A stretch of DNA of 64,000 nt from the human T2T-CHM13v2.0 reference genome, Homo sapiens, in the NCBI RefSeq assembly GCF_009914755.1, contig NC_060925.1. One strand, written 5' to 3'. This document shows positions 1-13,136 of the stretch, one piece after another. Each line of letters begins with the position of its first letter. Positions within the stretch are counted from its first letter, which is position 1. The translations under genes were made by a program, and so were the position numbers. The notes beneath the pieces were generated by a model that saw nothing but the letters and a program-made list of their open reading frames with translations, made no database searches and was not told the DNA's origin.

Positions 1-3000
1 TGATTCCATTCGAGTCCATTCGATGATTCTATTCGATTGCATTCGATAATTCCATTCGATTGCATTCGATAAATCCATTTGATTCCATTTGAGGATAATT
101 CCATTTGAGTCCATTCGATGATTGTTCCATTCGATTCTATTCGGTGATTCCATTCGACTTCATTTGATAATGATTCCATTCGAGACCATTCGATGATTCT
201 ATTCAATTCCATTCAATAATGATTCCATTCGAGTCCATTCAACGATTCCATTCAAGTCCATTCGATGATTCCATCTGATTCCATTCAATGAATCCATGCG
301 ATTCCATTCTATGATGATTCCATTCATTTCCATCTGATGATGATTCCATTCGATTCCATTCAATGATTCCTTTCGATTCCATTTGATGATGATTTCAATC
401 AATTTCATTCGATGATTCCATTCGAATCCATTCGATGATGAGTCCATCCATTTCAATTTCATGATAATTCCATTCGTTTCAATTCGATGGAGTTTCCATT
501 CGATTCCATTCGATGTTGATTCCATTAGTTTCCATTGCATGATGATTCCATTTGAGTCCATTTGATGATGATCACAATGGATTTCATTCCATAATTCTAT
601 TCGATTCCATTTGATGATGATTCCATCTGATTCCATTTGATGATCCCATTCGATTCCATTCGATGATGATTCCATTCATTTCCATCCGATGATGATTCCA
701 TTCGATTCCGTTCAATGATTATTCCATTCGAGTCCATTCGATGATTCCATTCGATTCCATTCGATGATGATTGCATTCGAGTCCATGGATTCTTCCATTC
801 CATTCCATTAGATGATTCCATTCGAGTCCGTTCGATGATTCTCTTCGATTCCATTCGATAATTCCGTTTGATTCCGTTTGATGTTGATTCCATTCGAGTC
901 CATTCGATGATAATTCCATTCGATTCCATGCGATGATTCCATTCCATTCCATTTGGAGATGGTTCCATTCGAGACCATTCGTTGATTGCATTCAATTCAT
1001 TCGATGACGATTCCATTCAATTCCGTTCAATGATTCCGTTATATTCCATTTGGCGATGATTCCATTCGATTCCATTTGATGATGATTCCATGCGATTCCA
1101 TTAGATGATGACTCCTTTCATTTCCATTCAATGAGGATTCCATTCGGTTCCATTTGATGATGATTCCTTTGAATTCCATTTGATGACAATTCCATTCAAT
1201 ACCAATTGATGATGTTTATTTTTGATTCCATTTGATGATGATTACATTCGATTCCATTTGATCATGATTCCATTCGATTCCACTCGATGATTCCATTCAA
1301 TGATGATTCCTTTCGAGTTCATTGACTATTCCATTCCATTTCAATCGATGATTCCTTTCAAGTCCATTCGATGATTCTATTCGATTGCATTCGATTATTC
1401 CATTCGATTGCATTCGATAATTCCATTCGATTCCATTTGAGGATAATTCCATTTGAGTCCATTCGATGAGTGTTCCATTCGATTCTATTTGGGGATTCCA
1501 TTCGATTCCATTTGATAATGATTCCATTCGAGACCATTCGATGATTCCATTCAATTCCATTCAATAATGATTCCATTCGAGTCCATTCAATGATTCCATT
1601 CAAGTCCATTCGATGATTCCATCTGATTCCATTCAATGAATCCATTCGATTCCATTCTATGATGATTCCATTCATTTCCATCTCATGATGATTCCATTCG
1701 ATTCCATTCAATGATTCCATTCGATTCCATTTGATGATGATTTCAATCAATTTCATTCGATGATTCCATTCGAATCCATTCGATGATGAGTCCATCCATT
1801 TCAATTTCATGATAATTCCATTCGTTTCAATTCGATGGAGTTTCCATTCGATTCCATTCGATGTTGATTCCATTAGTTTCCATTGCATGATGATTCCATT
1901 CGAGTCCATTCGATGATGATCACAATGGATTTCTTTCCATAATTCTATTGGATTCCATTTGATGATGATTCCATCTGATTCCATTTGATGATCCCATTCG
2001 ATTCCATTCGATGATGATTCCATTCCTTTCCATCCGATGATGATTCCATTCGATTCCGTTCAATGATTATTCCATTCGAGTCCATTCAATGATTCCATTC
2101 GATTCCATTCGATGATGATTGCATTCGAGACCATGGATTCTTCCATTCCATTCCATTGAATGATTCCATTCGAGTCCATTCGATGATTCTCTTCGATTCC
2201 ATTCGATAATTCCGTTTGATTACGTTTGATGTTAATTCCATTCGAGTCCATTCGATTATAATTCCATTCGATTCTATGCGATGATTCCATTCCATTCCAT
2301 TTGGAGGTGGTTCCATTCGAGACCATTTGTTGATTGCATTCAATTCATTCGATGACGATTCCATTCAATTCCGTTCAATGCTTCCATTCGATTCCATTTG
2401 ATGATGATTCCATGCGATTCCATTAGATGATGACTCCGTTCATTTCTATTCAATGAGGATTCCATTCGGTTCCATTTGATGATGATTCCTTTGAATTCCA
2501 TTTGATGACAATTCCATTCAATACCAATTGATGATGTTTATTTTTGATTCCATTTGATGACGATTACATTCGATTCCATTTGATCATGATTCCATTCGAT
2601 TCCACTCTATGATTCCATTCGATTCCATTCAATGATTATTCCATTTGGGTCGATTCGATGACTCCATTCGATTGTATTCGATGGTGATTGAATTCGAGTC
2701 CATGGATTAATCCATTGCATTCCATTCGATGATTCCATTCGAGTCCATTCGATGATTCTATTCGATTGCATTCGATAATTCCATTCGATTGCATTCGATA
2801 AATCCATTTGATGCCATTTGAGGATAATTCCATTTGAGTCCATTCGATGATTGTTCTATTCGATTCTATTCGGTGATTCCATTCGACTTCATTTGATAAT
2901 GATTCCATTCGAGACCATTCGATGATTCTATTCAATTCCATTCCATAATGATTCCATTCGAGTCCATTCAACGATTCCATTCAAGCCCATTCGATGATTC

Positions 3001-6000
3001 CATCTGATTCCATTCAATGAATCCATGCGATTCCATTCTATGATGATTCCATTCATTCCCATCTGATGATGATTCCATTCGATTCCATTCAGTGATTCCT
3101 TTCGATTCCATTTGATGATGATTTCAATCAATTTCATTCGATGATTCCATTCGAATCCATTCGATGATGAGTCCATCCATTTCAATTTCATGATAATTCC
3201 ATTCGTTTCAATTCGATGGTGTTTCCATTCGATTCCATTCGATGTTGATTCCATTAGTTTCCATTGGATGATGATTCCATTCGAGTCCATTCCATGATGA
3301 TCACATTGGATTTCATTCCATAATTCTATTCGATTCCATTTGATGATGATTCCATCTGATTCCATTTGATGATCCCATTCGATTCCATTCGATGATGATT
3401 CCATTCGTTTCCATCCGATGATGATTCCATTCGATTCCGTTCAATGATTATTCCATTCGAGTCCATTCGATGATTCCATTCGATTCCATTCGATGATGAC
3501 TGCATTCGAGTCCATGAATTCTTCCATTCCATTCCATTAGATGATTCCATTCGAGTCCGTTCGATGATTCTCTTCGATTCCATTCGATAATTCCGTTAGA
3601 TCCCGTTTGATGTTGATTCCATTCGAATCCATTCAATGATAATTCCATTCGATTCTATGCGATGATTCCATTCCATTCCATTTGGAGGTGGTTCCATTCG
3701 AGACCATTCGTTGATTGCATTGAATTCATTCGATGACGATTCCATTCAATTCCGTTCAATGATTCCATTAGATTCCATTTGATGATGATTCCATTAGATT
3801 CCATTTGATGATGATTCCATGCGATTCCATTAGAGGATGACTCCTTTCATTTCCATTCAATGAGGATTCCATTCGGTTCCATTTGATGATGATTCCTTTG
3901 AATTCCGTTTGATGACAATTCCATTCAATACCAATTGATGATGGTTATTTTGATTCCATTTGATGATGATTACTTTCGATTCCATTTGATCATGATTCCA
4001 TTCGATTCCACTCGATGATTCCATTCAATGATGATTCCATTCGAGTTCATTGACTATTCCATTCCATTTCAATCGACGATTCCTTTCAAGTCCATTCGAT
4101 GATTCTATTCGATTGCATTCGATTATTCCATTCGATTGCATTCGATAATTCCATTCGATTCCATTTGAGGATAATTCCATTTGAGTCCATTCGATGATTG
4201 TTCCATTCGATTCTATTCGGTGATTCCATTCGATTCCATTTGATAATGATTCCATTCGAGACCATTCGATGATTCCATTCAATTCCATTCCATAATGATT
4301 CCATTCGAGTCCATTCAATGATTCCATTCAAGTCCATTCGATGATTCCATCTGATTCCATTCAATGAATCCATTCGATTCCATTCTATGATGATTCCATT
4401 CATTTCCATCTGATGATTCCATTCGATTCCATTCAATGATTCCATTCGATTCCATTTGATGATGATTTCAATCAATTTCATTCGATGATTCCATTCGAAT
4501 CCATTCGATGATGAGTCCATCCATTTCAATTTCATGATAATTCCATTCTTTTCAATTCGATGGAGTTTCCATTCGATTCCATTCGATGTTGATTCCATTA
4601 GTTTCCATTGGATGATGATTCTATTCGAGTCCATTCGATGATGATCACAATGGATTTCATTCCATAATTCTATTCGATTCCATTTGATGATGATTCCATC
4701 TGATTCCATTTGATGATTCCATTCGTTTCCATGCGATGATGATTCCATTCAATTCCGTTCAATGATTATTCCATTCGAGTCCATTCGATGATTCCATTCG
4801 ATTCCATTCGATGATGATTGCATTCGAGACCATGGATTCTTCCATTCCATTCCATTAGATGATTCCATTCGAGTCCATTCGATTATTCTCTTCGATTCCA
4901 TTCGATAATTCCGTTTCATTCTGTTTGATGTTGATTCCATTCGAGTCCATTCGATGATAATTCCATTCGATTCTATGCGAGGATTCCATTCCTTTCCATT
5001 TGGAGGTGGTTCCATTCGAGACCATTCGTTGATTGCATTCAATTCATTCGATGACGATTCCATTGAATTCCGTTCAATGATTCCATTAGATTCCATTTGA
5101 TGATGATTCCATTCGATTCCATTTGATGATGATTCCATGCGATTCCATTAGATGATGACTCCTTTCATTTCCATTCAATGAGGATTCCATTCGGTTCCAT
5201 TTGATGATGATTCCTTTGAATTCCATTTGATGACAATTCCATTCAATACCAATTGATGATGTTTATTTTTGATTCCATTTGATGATGATTACATTCGATT
5301 CCATTTGATCATGATTCCATTCGATTCCACTCGTTGATTCCATTCGATTCCATTCAATGATTATTCCATTTGAGTCGATTCGATGACTCCATTCGATTGT
5401 ATTCGATGGTGATTGAATTCGAGTCCATGGATTAATCCATTGCATTCCATTCGATGATTCCATTCGAGTCCATTCGATGATTCTATTCGATTGCATTCGA
5501 TAATTCCATTCGATTGCATTCGATAAATCCATTTGATTCCATTTGAGGATAATTCCATTTGAGTCCATTCGATGATTGTTCCATTCGATTCTATTCGGTG
5601 ATTCCATTCGACTTCATTTGATAATGATTCCATTCGAGACCATTCGATGATTCTATTCAATTCCATTCAATAATGATTCCATTCGAGTCCATTCAACGAA
5701 TCCATTCAAGTCCATTCGATGATTCCATCTGATTCCATTCAATGAATCCATGCAATTCCATTCTATGATGATTCCATTCATTTCCATCTGATGATGATTC
5801 CATTCGATTCCATTCAATGATTCCTTTCGATTCCATTTGATGATGATTTCAATCAATTTCATTCGATGATTCCATTCGAATCCATTCGATGATGAGTCCA
5901 TCCATTTCAATTTCATGATAATTCCATTCGTTTCAATTCGATGGTGTTTCCATTCGATTCCATTCGATGTTGATTCCATTAGTTTCCATTGGATGATGAT

Positions 6001-7650
6001 TCTATTCGAGTCCATTCAATGATGATCACATTGGATTTCATTCCATAATTCTATTCGATTCCATTTGATGATGATTTCATCTGATTCCATTTGATGATCC
6101 CATTCGATTCCATTCGATGATGATTCCATTCGTTTCCATCCGATGATGAATCCATTCGATTCCGTTCAATGATTATTCCATTCGAGTCCATTCGATGATT
6201 CCATTCGATTCCATTCGATGATGATTGCATTGGAGTCCATGAATTCTTCCATTCCATTCCATTAGATGATTCCATTCGAGTCCGTTCGATGATTCTCTTC
6301 GATTCCATTCGATGATGATTGCATTCGAGACCATGGATTCTTCCATTGCATTCCATTAGATGATTCCATTCGAGTCCATTCGATTATTCTCTTCGATTCC
6401 ATTCGATAATTCCGTTTGATTCCGTTTGATGTTGATTCCATTCGAGTCCATTCGATGATAATTCCATTCGATTCTATGCGATGATTCCATTCCATTCCAT
6501 TTGGAGATGGTTCCATTCGAGACCATTCGTTGATTACATTCAATTCATTCGATGACGATTCCATTCAATTCCGTTCAATGATTCCATTAGATTCCATTTG
6601 ATGATGATTCCATTCAATTCCATTTGATGATGATTCCATGCGATTCCATTAGATGATGACTCCTTTCATTTCCATTCAATGAGGATTCCATTCGGTTCCA
6701 TTTGATGATGATTCCTTTGAATTCCGTTTGATGACAATTCCATTCAATACCAATTGATGATGGTTATTTTGATTCCATTTGATGATGATTACTTTCGATT
6801 CCATTTGATCATGATTCCATTCGATTCCACTCGATGATTCCATTCGATTCCATTCAATGATTATTCCATTTGAGACGATTCGATGACTCCATTCGATTAT
6901 ATTCGATGGTGATTGAATTCGAGTCCATGGATTAATCCATTGCATTCCACTCGATGATTCCATTCGAGTCCATTCGATGATTCTATTCGATTGCCTTCGA
7001 TAATTCCATTCGATTGCATTCGATAAATCCATTTGATTCCATTTGAGGATAATTCCATTTGAGTCCATTCGATGATTGTTCCATTCGATTCTATTCGGTG
7101 ATTCCATTCGACTTCATTTGATAATGATTCCATTCGAGACCATTCGATGATTCTATTCAATTCCATTCCATAATGATTCCATTCGAGTCCATTCAACGAT
7201 TCCATTCAAGCCCATTCGATGATTCCATCTGATTCCATTCAATGAATCCATGCGATTCCATTCTATGATGATTCCATTCATTTCCATCTGATGATGATTC
7301 CATTCGATTCCATTCAATGATTCCTTTCGATTCCATTTGATGATGATTTCTATCAATTTCATTCGATGATTCCATTCGAATCCATTCGATGATGAGTCCA
7401 TCCATTTCAATTTCATGATAATTCCATTCGTTTCAATTCGATGGTGTTTCCATTCGATTCCATTCGATGTTGATTCCATTAGTTTCCATTGGATGATGAT
7501 TCCATTCGAGTCCATTCAATGATGATCACATTGGATTTCATTCCATAATTCTATTCGATTCCATTTGATGATGATTCCATCTGATTCCATTTGATGATCC
7601 CATTCGATTCCATTCGATGATGATTCCATTCGTTTCCATCCGATGACGAT
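1..7650 (+). repeat. HSat2 sub-domain L: ~1.35/1.38-kb units forming a ~2.73-kb dimeric higher-order repeat
   Basis: The once-per-unit landmark CATCCATTTCAATTTCAT ends at 462, 1810, 3191, 4535, 5916 and 7416 (spacings 1348, 1381, 1344, 1381, 1500). Matching ORFs at 199/2928 and 1358/4086 are offset 2729/2728. The units share a 49-bp insert (ATCTGATTCCATTTGATGATCCC) and the markers TTAGTTTCCATTG, GATTCTTCC and TTTGGAGRTGGTTCC. Confidence 0.9.
6221..6408 (+). repeat. 94-bp tandem duplication at a chimeric junction in sub-domain L
   Basis: ATGATTGCAT...CTCTTCGATTCCATTCG occurs twice, starting at 6221 and 6315. Confidence 0.85.
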
Positions 7651-10600
7651 TCCATTCGAGTCCACTCGATGATTCCATTCGATTCCATTCGATGATGATT
7701 GCATTCGATTCCATGGATTATTCCATTCCATTGCATTAGATGATTCCATTCGGGTCCGTTCGATGATTCTCTTCGATTCCATTCGATAATTCCGTTTTTT
7801 TCCGTTTGATGTTGGTACCATTCGATTCCATTCGATGATAATTCCATTCGATTCTATGCGATGATTCCATTCCATTCCATTTGAAGATGATTCCATTCGA
7901 GACCATTCGATGATTGCATTCAATTCATTCGATGACGATTCCATTCAATTCCGTTCAATGATTCCATTTGATTCCATTTGATGTTGATTCCATTCGATTC
8001 CATTTTATGATGATTCCATGCAATTCCATTAGATGATGACTCCTTTCATTTCCATTCGATGATGATTCCATTCGTTTCCATCCGATGATGATTCCATTCG
8101 ATTCCGTTCAATGATTATTCCATTCGAGTCCATTCGATGATTCCATTCGATTCCATTCGATGATGATTGCATTCGGGTCCGTGGATTATTCCATTCCATT
8201 CCAGTACATGATTCCATTCGAGTCCATTCTATGATTCTCTTCGATTCCATTCGATAATTCCGCTTGATTCCGTTTGATGTTGATTCCATTCGAGTCCATT
8301 CGATGTTAATTCCATTCGATTCTATGCGATGATTCCATTCCTTTCCATTAGAAGATGATTCCATTCGAGACCATTCGATGATTGCATTCAATTCATTCGA
8401 TGACGATTCCATTCAATTCTGTTCAATGATTTCTTCAGATTCCATTTGATGATGATTCCATTCGATTCCATTTGATGATGATTCCATGCGATTCCATTAG
8501 ATGATGACCCCTTTCATTTCCATTCAATGAGGATTCCATTCGGTTCCATTTGATGATGATTCCTTTGAATTCCATTTGATGACAATTCCATTCAATACCA
8601 ATTGATGATGGTTATTTTGATTCCATTTGATGATGATTACATTCGATTCCATTTGATCATAATTCCATTCGATTCCACTCGATGATTCCATTCGATTCCA
8701 TTCAATGATGATTCCATTCGAGTTCATTGACTGTTCCATTCCATTCCATTCGATGATTCCATTCGAGTCCATTCGATGATTCTATTCGATTGCATTCGAT
8801 AATTCCATTCGATTGCATTCGATAATTCCATTCGATTCCATTGGAGGATAATTCCATTCGATTCCATTTGAGGATAATTCCATTTGAGTCCATTCGATGA
8901 TTGTTCCATTCGATTCTATTCGGTGATTCCATTCGATTCCTTTCAATAATGATCCCTTTCGAGTCCATTCAATGATTCCATTCCAGTACATTCGATGATT
9001 CCATCTGATTCCATTCAATGAATCCATTCGATTCCATTCTATGACGATTCCATTCATTTCCATCTGATGATGATTCCATTCGATTCCATTCAATGATACC
9101 ATTCGATTCCATTTGATGATGATTTCAATCAATTTTATTCGATGATTCCATTCGAATCCATTCGATGATGAGTCCATCCATTTCAATTTCATGATAATTC
9201 CATTCGTTTCAATTCGATGGTGTTTCCATTCGATTCATTCGATGATGATTCCATTAGCTTCCGTTGGATGATGATTCCATTCTGGTCCATTAGATGATGA
9301 TCACACTGGATTTCATTCCATAATTCTATTCGATTCCATTCGATGATGATTCCATTCATTTCCATCCGATAATGATTCCATTCGATTCCGTTCAATGATT
9401 ATTCCATTCGAGTCCATTCGATGATTCCATTCGATTCCATTCGATGATGATTGCATTCGAGTCCATGGATTATTCCATTCCATTCCATTAGATGATTCCA
9501 TTCGGGTCCGTTCGAAGATTCTCTTCGATTCCATTCGATAATTCCGTTTTTTTCCGTTTGGTGTTGATACCATTCGATTCTATTCGATGATAATTCCATT
9601 CGATTCTATGCGATGATTCCATTCCATTCCATTAGAAGATGATTCCATTCGAGACCATTCGATGATTGCATTCAATTCATTCGATGACGATTCCATTCAA
9701 TTCTGTTCAATGATTCCATTAGATTCCATTCGATGATGATTCCATTCGATTCCATTTGATGATGATTCCATGCAATTCCATTAGATGATGACCCCTTTCA
9801 TTTCCATTCAATGAGGATTCCATTAGGTTCCATTTGATGATGATTCCTTTGAATTCCATTTGATGACAATTCCATTCAATACCAATTGATGATGGTTATT
9901 TTTGGTTCCATTTGATGATGATTACATTCGATTCCATTTGATCATAATTCCATTCGATTGCATTCCATAATTCCATTCGATTCCATTTGAGGATAATTCC
10001 ATTTGAGTCCATTCGATGATTGTTCCATTCGATTCTATTCGGTGATTCCATTCGATTCCATTTGATAATGATTCCAATCGAGACCATTCGATGATTCCAT
10101 TCAATTCCATTCAATAATGATCCCTTTCGAGTCCATTCAATGATTCCATTCCAGGCCATTCGATGATTCCATCTGATTCCATTCAATGAATCCATTCGAT
10201 TCCATTCTATGACGATTCCATTCATTTCCATCTGATGATGATTCCATTCGATTCCATTCAATGATACCATTCGATTCCATTTGATGATGATTTCAATCAA
10301 TTTTATTCGATGATTCCATTTGAATCCATTCGATGATGAGTCCATCCATTTCAATTTCATGGTAATTCCATTCGTTTCAATTCGATGGTGTTTCCATTTG
10401 ATTCATTCGATGTTGATTCCATTAGCTTCCGTTGGATGATGATTCCATTCGGGTCCATTCAATGATGATCACACTGGATTTCATTCCATAATTCTATTCG
10501 ATTCCATTCGATGATGATTCCATTCATTTCCATCCGATGATGATTCCATTTGATTCCGTTCAATGATTATTCCATTCGAGTCCATTCGATGATTCCATTC

Positions 10601-13125
10601 GATTCCATTCGATGATGATTGCATTCGAGTCCATGGATTATTCCATTCCATTCCATTAGATGATTCCATTCGGGTCCATTCGATGATTCTCTTCGATTCC
10701 ATTCGATAATTCCGTTTTTTTCCGTTTGATGTTGATTCCATTCGATTCCATTCGATGATAATTCCATTCGATTCTATGCGATGATTCCATTCCATTCCAT
10801 TTGTAGATGATTCCATTCGAGACCATTCGATGATTGCATTCAATTCATTCGATGACGATTCCATTCAATTCCGTTCAATGATTCCATTTGATTCCATTTG
10901 ATGTTGATTCCATTCGATTCCATTTTATGATGATTCCATGCAATTCCATTAGATGATGACTCCTTTCATTTCCATTCGATGATGATTCCATTCGTTTCCA
11001 TCCGATGATGTTTCCATTCGATTCCGTTCAATGATTATTCCATTCGAGTCCATTCGATGATTCCATTCGATTCCATTCGATGATGATTGCCTTCCAGTCC
11101 ATGGATTATTCCATTCCATTCCATTAGATGATTCCATTCGGGTCCGTTCGAAGATTCTCTTCGATTCCATTCGATAATTCCGTTTATTTCCGTTTGGTGT
11201 TGATACCATTCGATTCCATTCGATGATAATTCCATTCGATTCTATGCGATGATTCCATTCCTTTCCATTAGAAGATGATTCCATTCGAGACCATTCGATG
11301 ATTGCATTCAATTCATTCGATGACGATTCCTTTCAAATCTGTTCCATGATTCCATTAGATTCCATTTGATGATGATTCCATTCGATTTCATTTGATGATG
11401 ATTCCATGCGATTCCATTAGATGATGACCCCTTTCATTTCCATTCGATGATGATTCCATTCGTTTCCATCTGATGATGATTCCATTCGATTCCGTTCAAT
11501 GATTATTCCATTCGAGTCCATTCGATGATTCCATTCGATTCCATTCGATGATGATTGCATTCGAGTCCATGGATTATTCCATTCTATTCCATTAGATGAT
11601 TCCATTCGGGTCCGTTCGATGATTCTCTTCGATTCCATTCGATAATTCCGTTTTTTTCCATTTGATGTTGATACAATTCAATTCCATTCGATGATAATTC
11701 CATTCGATTCTATGCGATGATTCCATTCCATTCCATTTGAAGATGATTCCATTCGAGACCATTCGATGATTGCATTCAATTCATTCGATGACGATTCCAT
11801 TCAATTCCGTTCAATGATTCCATTTGAATCCATTTGATGTTGATTCCATTCGATTCTATTTGATGATGATTCCATGCAATTCCATTAGATGATGACTCCT
11901 TTCCTTTCCATTCGATGATGATTCCATTCGTTTCCATCCGATGATGGTTCCATTCGATTCCGTTCAATGATTATTCCATTCGAGTACATTCCTTGATTCC
12001 ATTCGATTCTATACGATGATGATTGCATTCGAGTCCGTGGATTATTCCATTCCATTCCATTACATGATTCCATTCGTGTCCATTCGATGATTCTCTTCGA
12101 TTCCATTCGATAATTCCGCTTGATTCCCTTTGATGTTGATTCCATTCGAGTCCATTCAATGTTAATTCCATTCGATTCTACGCGATGATTCCATTCCTTT
12201 CCATTAGAAGATGATTCCATTCGAGACCATTCGATGACTGCATTCAATTCATTCGATGACGATTCCATTCAATTCTGTTCAATGATTCCATTATATTCCA
12301 TTTGATGGTGATTCCATTCGATTCCATTTGATGATGATTCCATGTGATTTCATTAGATGATGACCCCTTTCATTTCCATTCAATGAGGATTCCATTCGGT
12401 TCCATTTGATGATGATTCCTTTGAATTCCATTTGATGACAATTCCATTCAATACCAATTGATGATGGTTATTTTTGATTCCATTTGATGATGATTACATT
12501 CGATTCCATTTGATCATAATTCCATTCGATTCCACTCGATGATTCCATTCGATACCATTCAATGTTGATTGCATTCGAGTTCATTGACTGTTCCATTCCA
12601 TTCCATTCGATGATTCCATTCGAGTCCATTCGATGATTCTATTCGATTGCATTCGATAATTCCATTCGATTGCATTCGATAATTCCATTCGATTCCATTT
12701 GAGCATAATTCCATTTGAGTCAATTCGATGATTGTTCCATTCGATTCTATTCGGTGATTCCATTCGATTCCATTTGATAATGATTCCAATCGAGACCATT
12801 CGATGATGCCATTCAATTCCATTCAATAATGATCCCTTTAGAGTCCTTTCAGTGATTCCATTCCAGTCCATTCGATGATTCCATCTGATTCCATTCAATG
12901 AATCCATTCGATTCCATTATATGACGATTCCATTCATTTCCATCTGATGATGATTCCATTCGATTCCATTCAATGATACCATTCGATTCCATTTGATGAT
13001 GATTTCAATCAATTTTATTCGATGATTCCATTCGAATCCATTCCATGATGAGTACATCCATTTCAATTTCATGATAATTCCATTCGTTTCAATTCGATGG
13101 TGTTTCCATTCGATTCATTCGATGT

Positions 13126-13136
13126 TGATTCCATTA
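13126..13136 (-). promoter_or_regulatory. DUX4 consensus match (representative of a site present in nearly every unit)
   Basis: + strand TGATTCCATTA reads TAATGGAATCA on the - strand and fits the DUX4 consensus TAAYBBAATCA. The same site occurs at 517, 1865, 3246, 9246 etc., 54-55 bp after the landmark. Binding at this locus is not shown by the sequence. Confidence 0.55.

Noticed and set aside
1161-1180. Heat-shock elements from TTC/GAA motifs
   Set aside because: The motifs are almost all in one orientation and the alternating nGAAnnTTCn spacing was not seen.
1201-1266. Short palindromes (CAATTG, TGATCA, GAATTC) as hairpin or cruciform signals
   Set aside because: They are only 6-8 bp, expected by chance and propagated with the unit; useful only as restriction markers.
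7791-7808. CCGTTTTTTTCCG T-run as a terminator
   Set aside because: No hairpin or Pol III gene upstream; it is a variant of CCGTTTGATTCCG present in every inner module.
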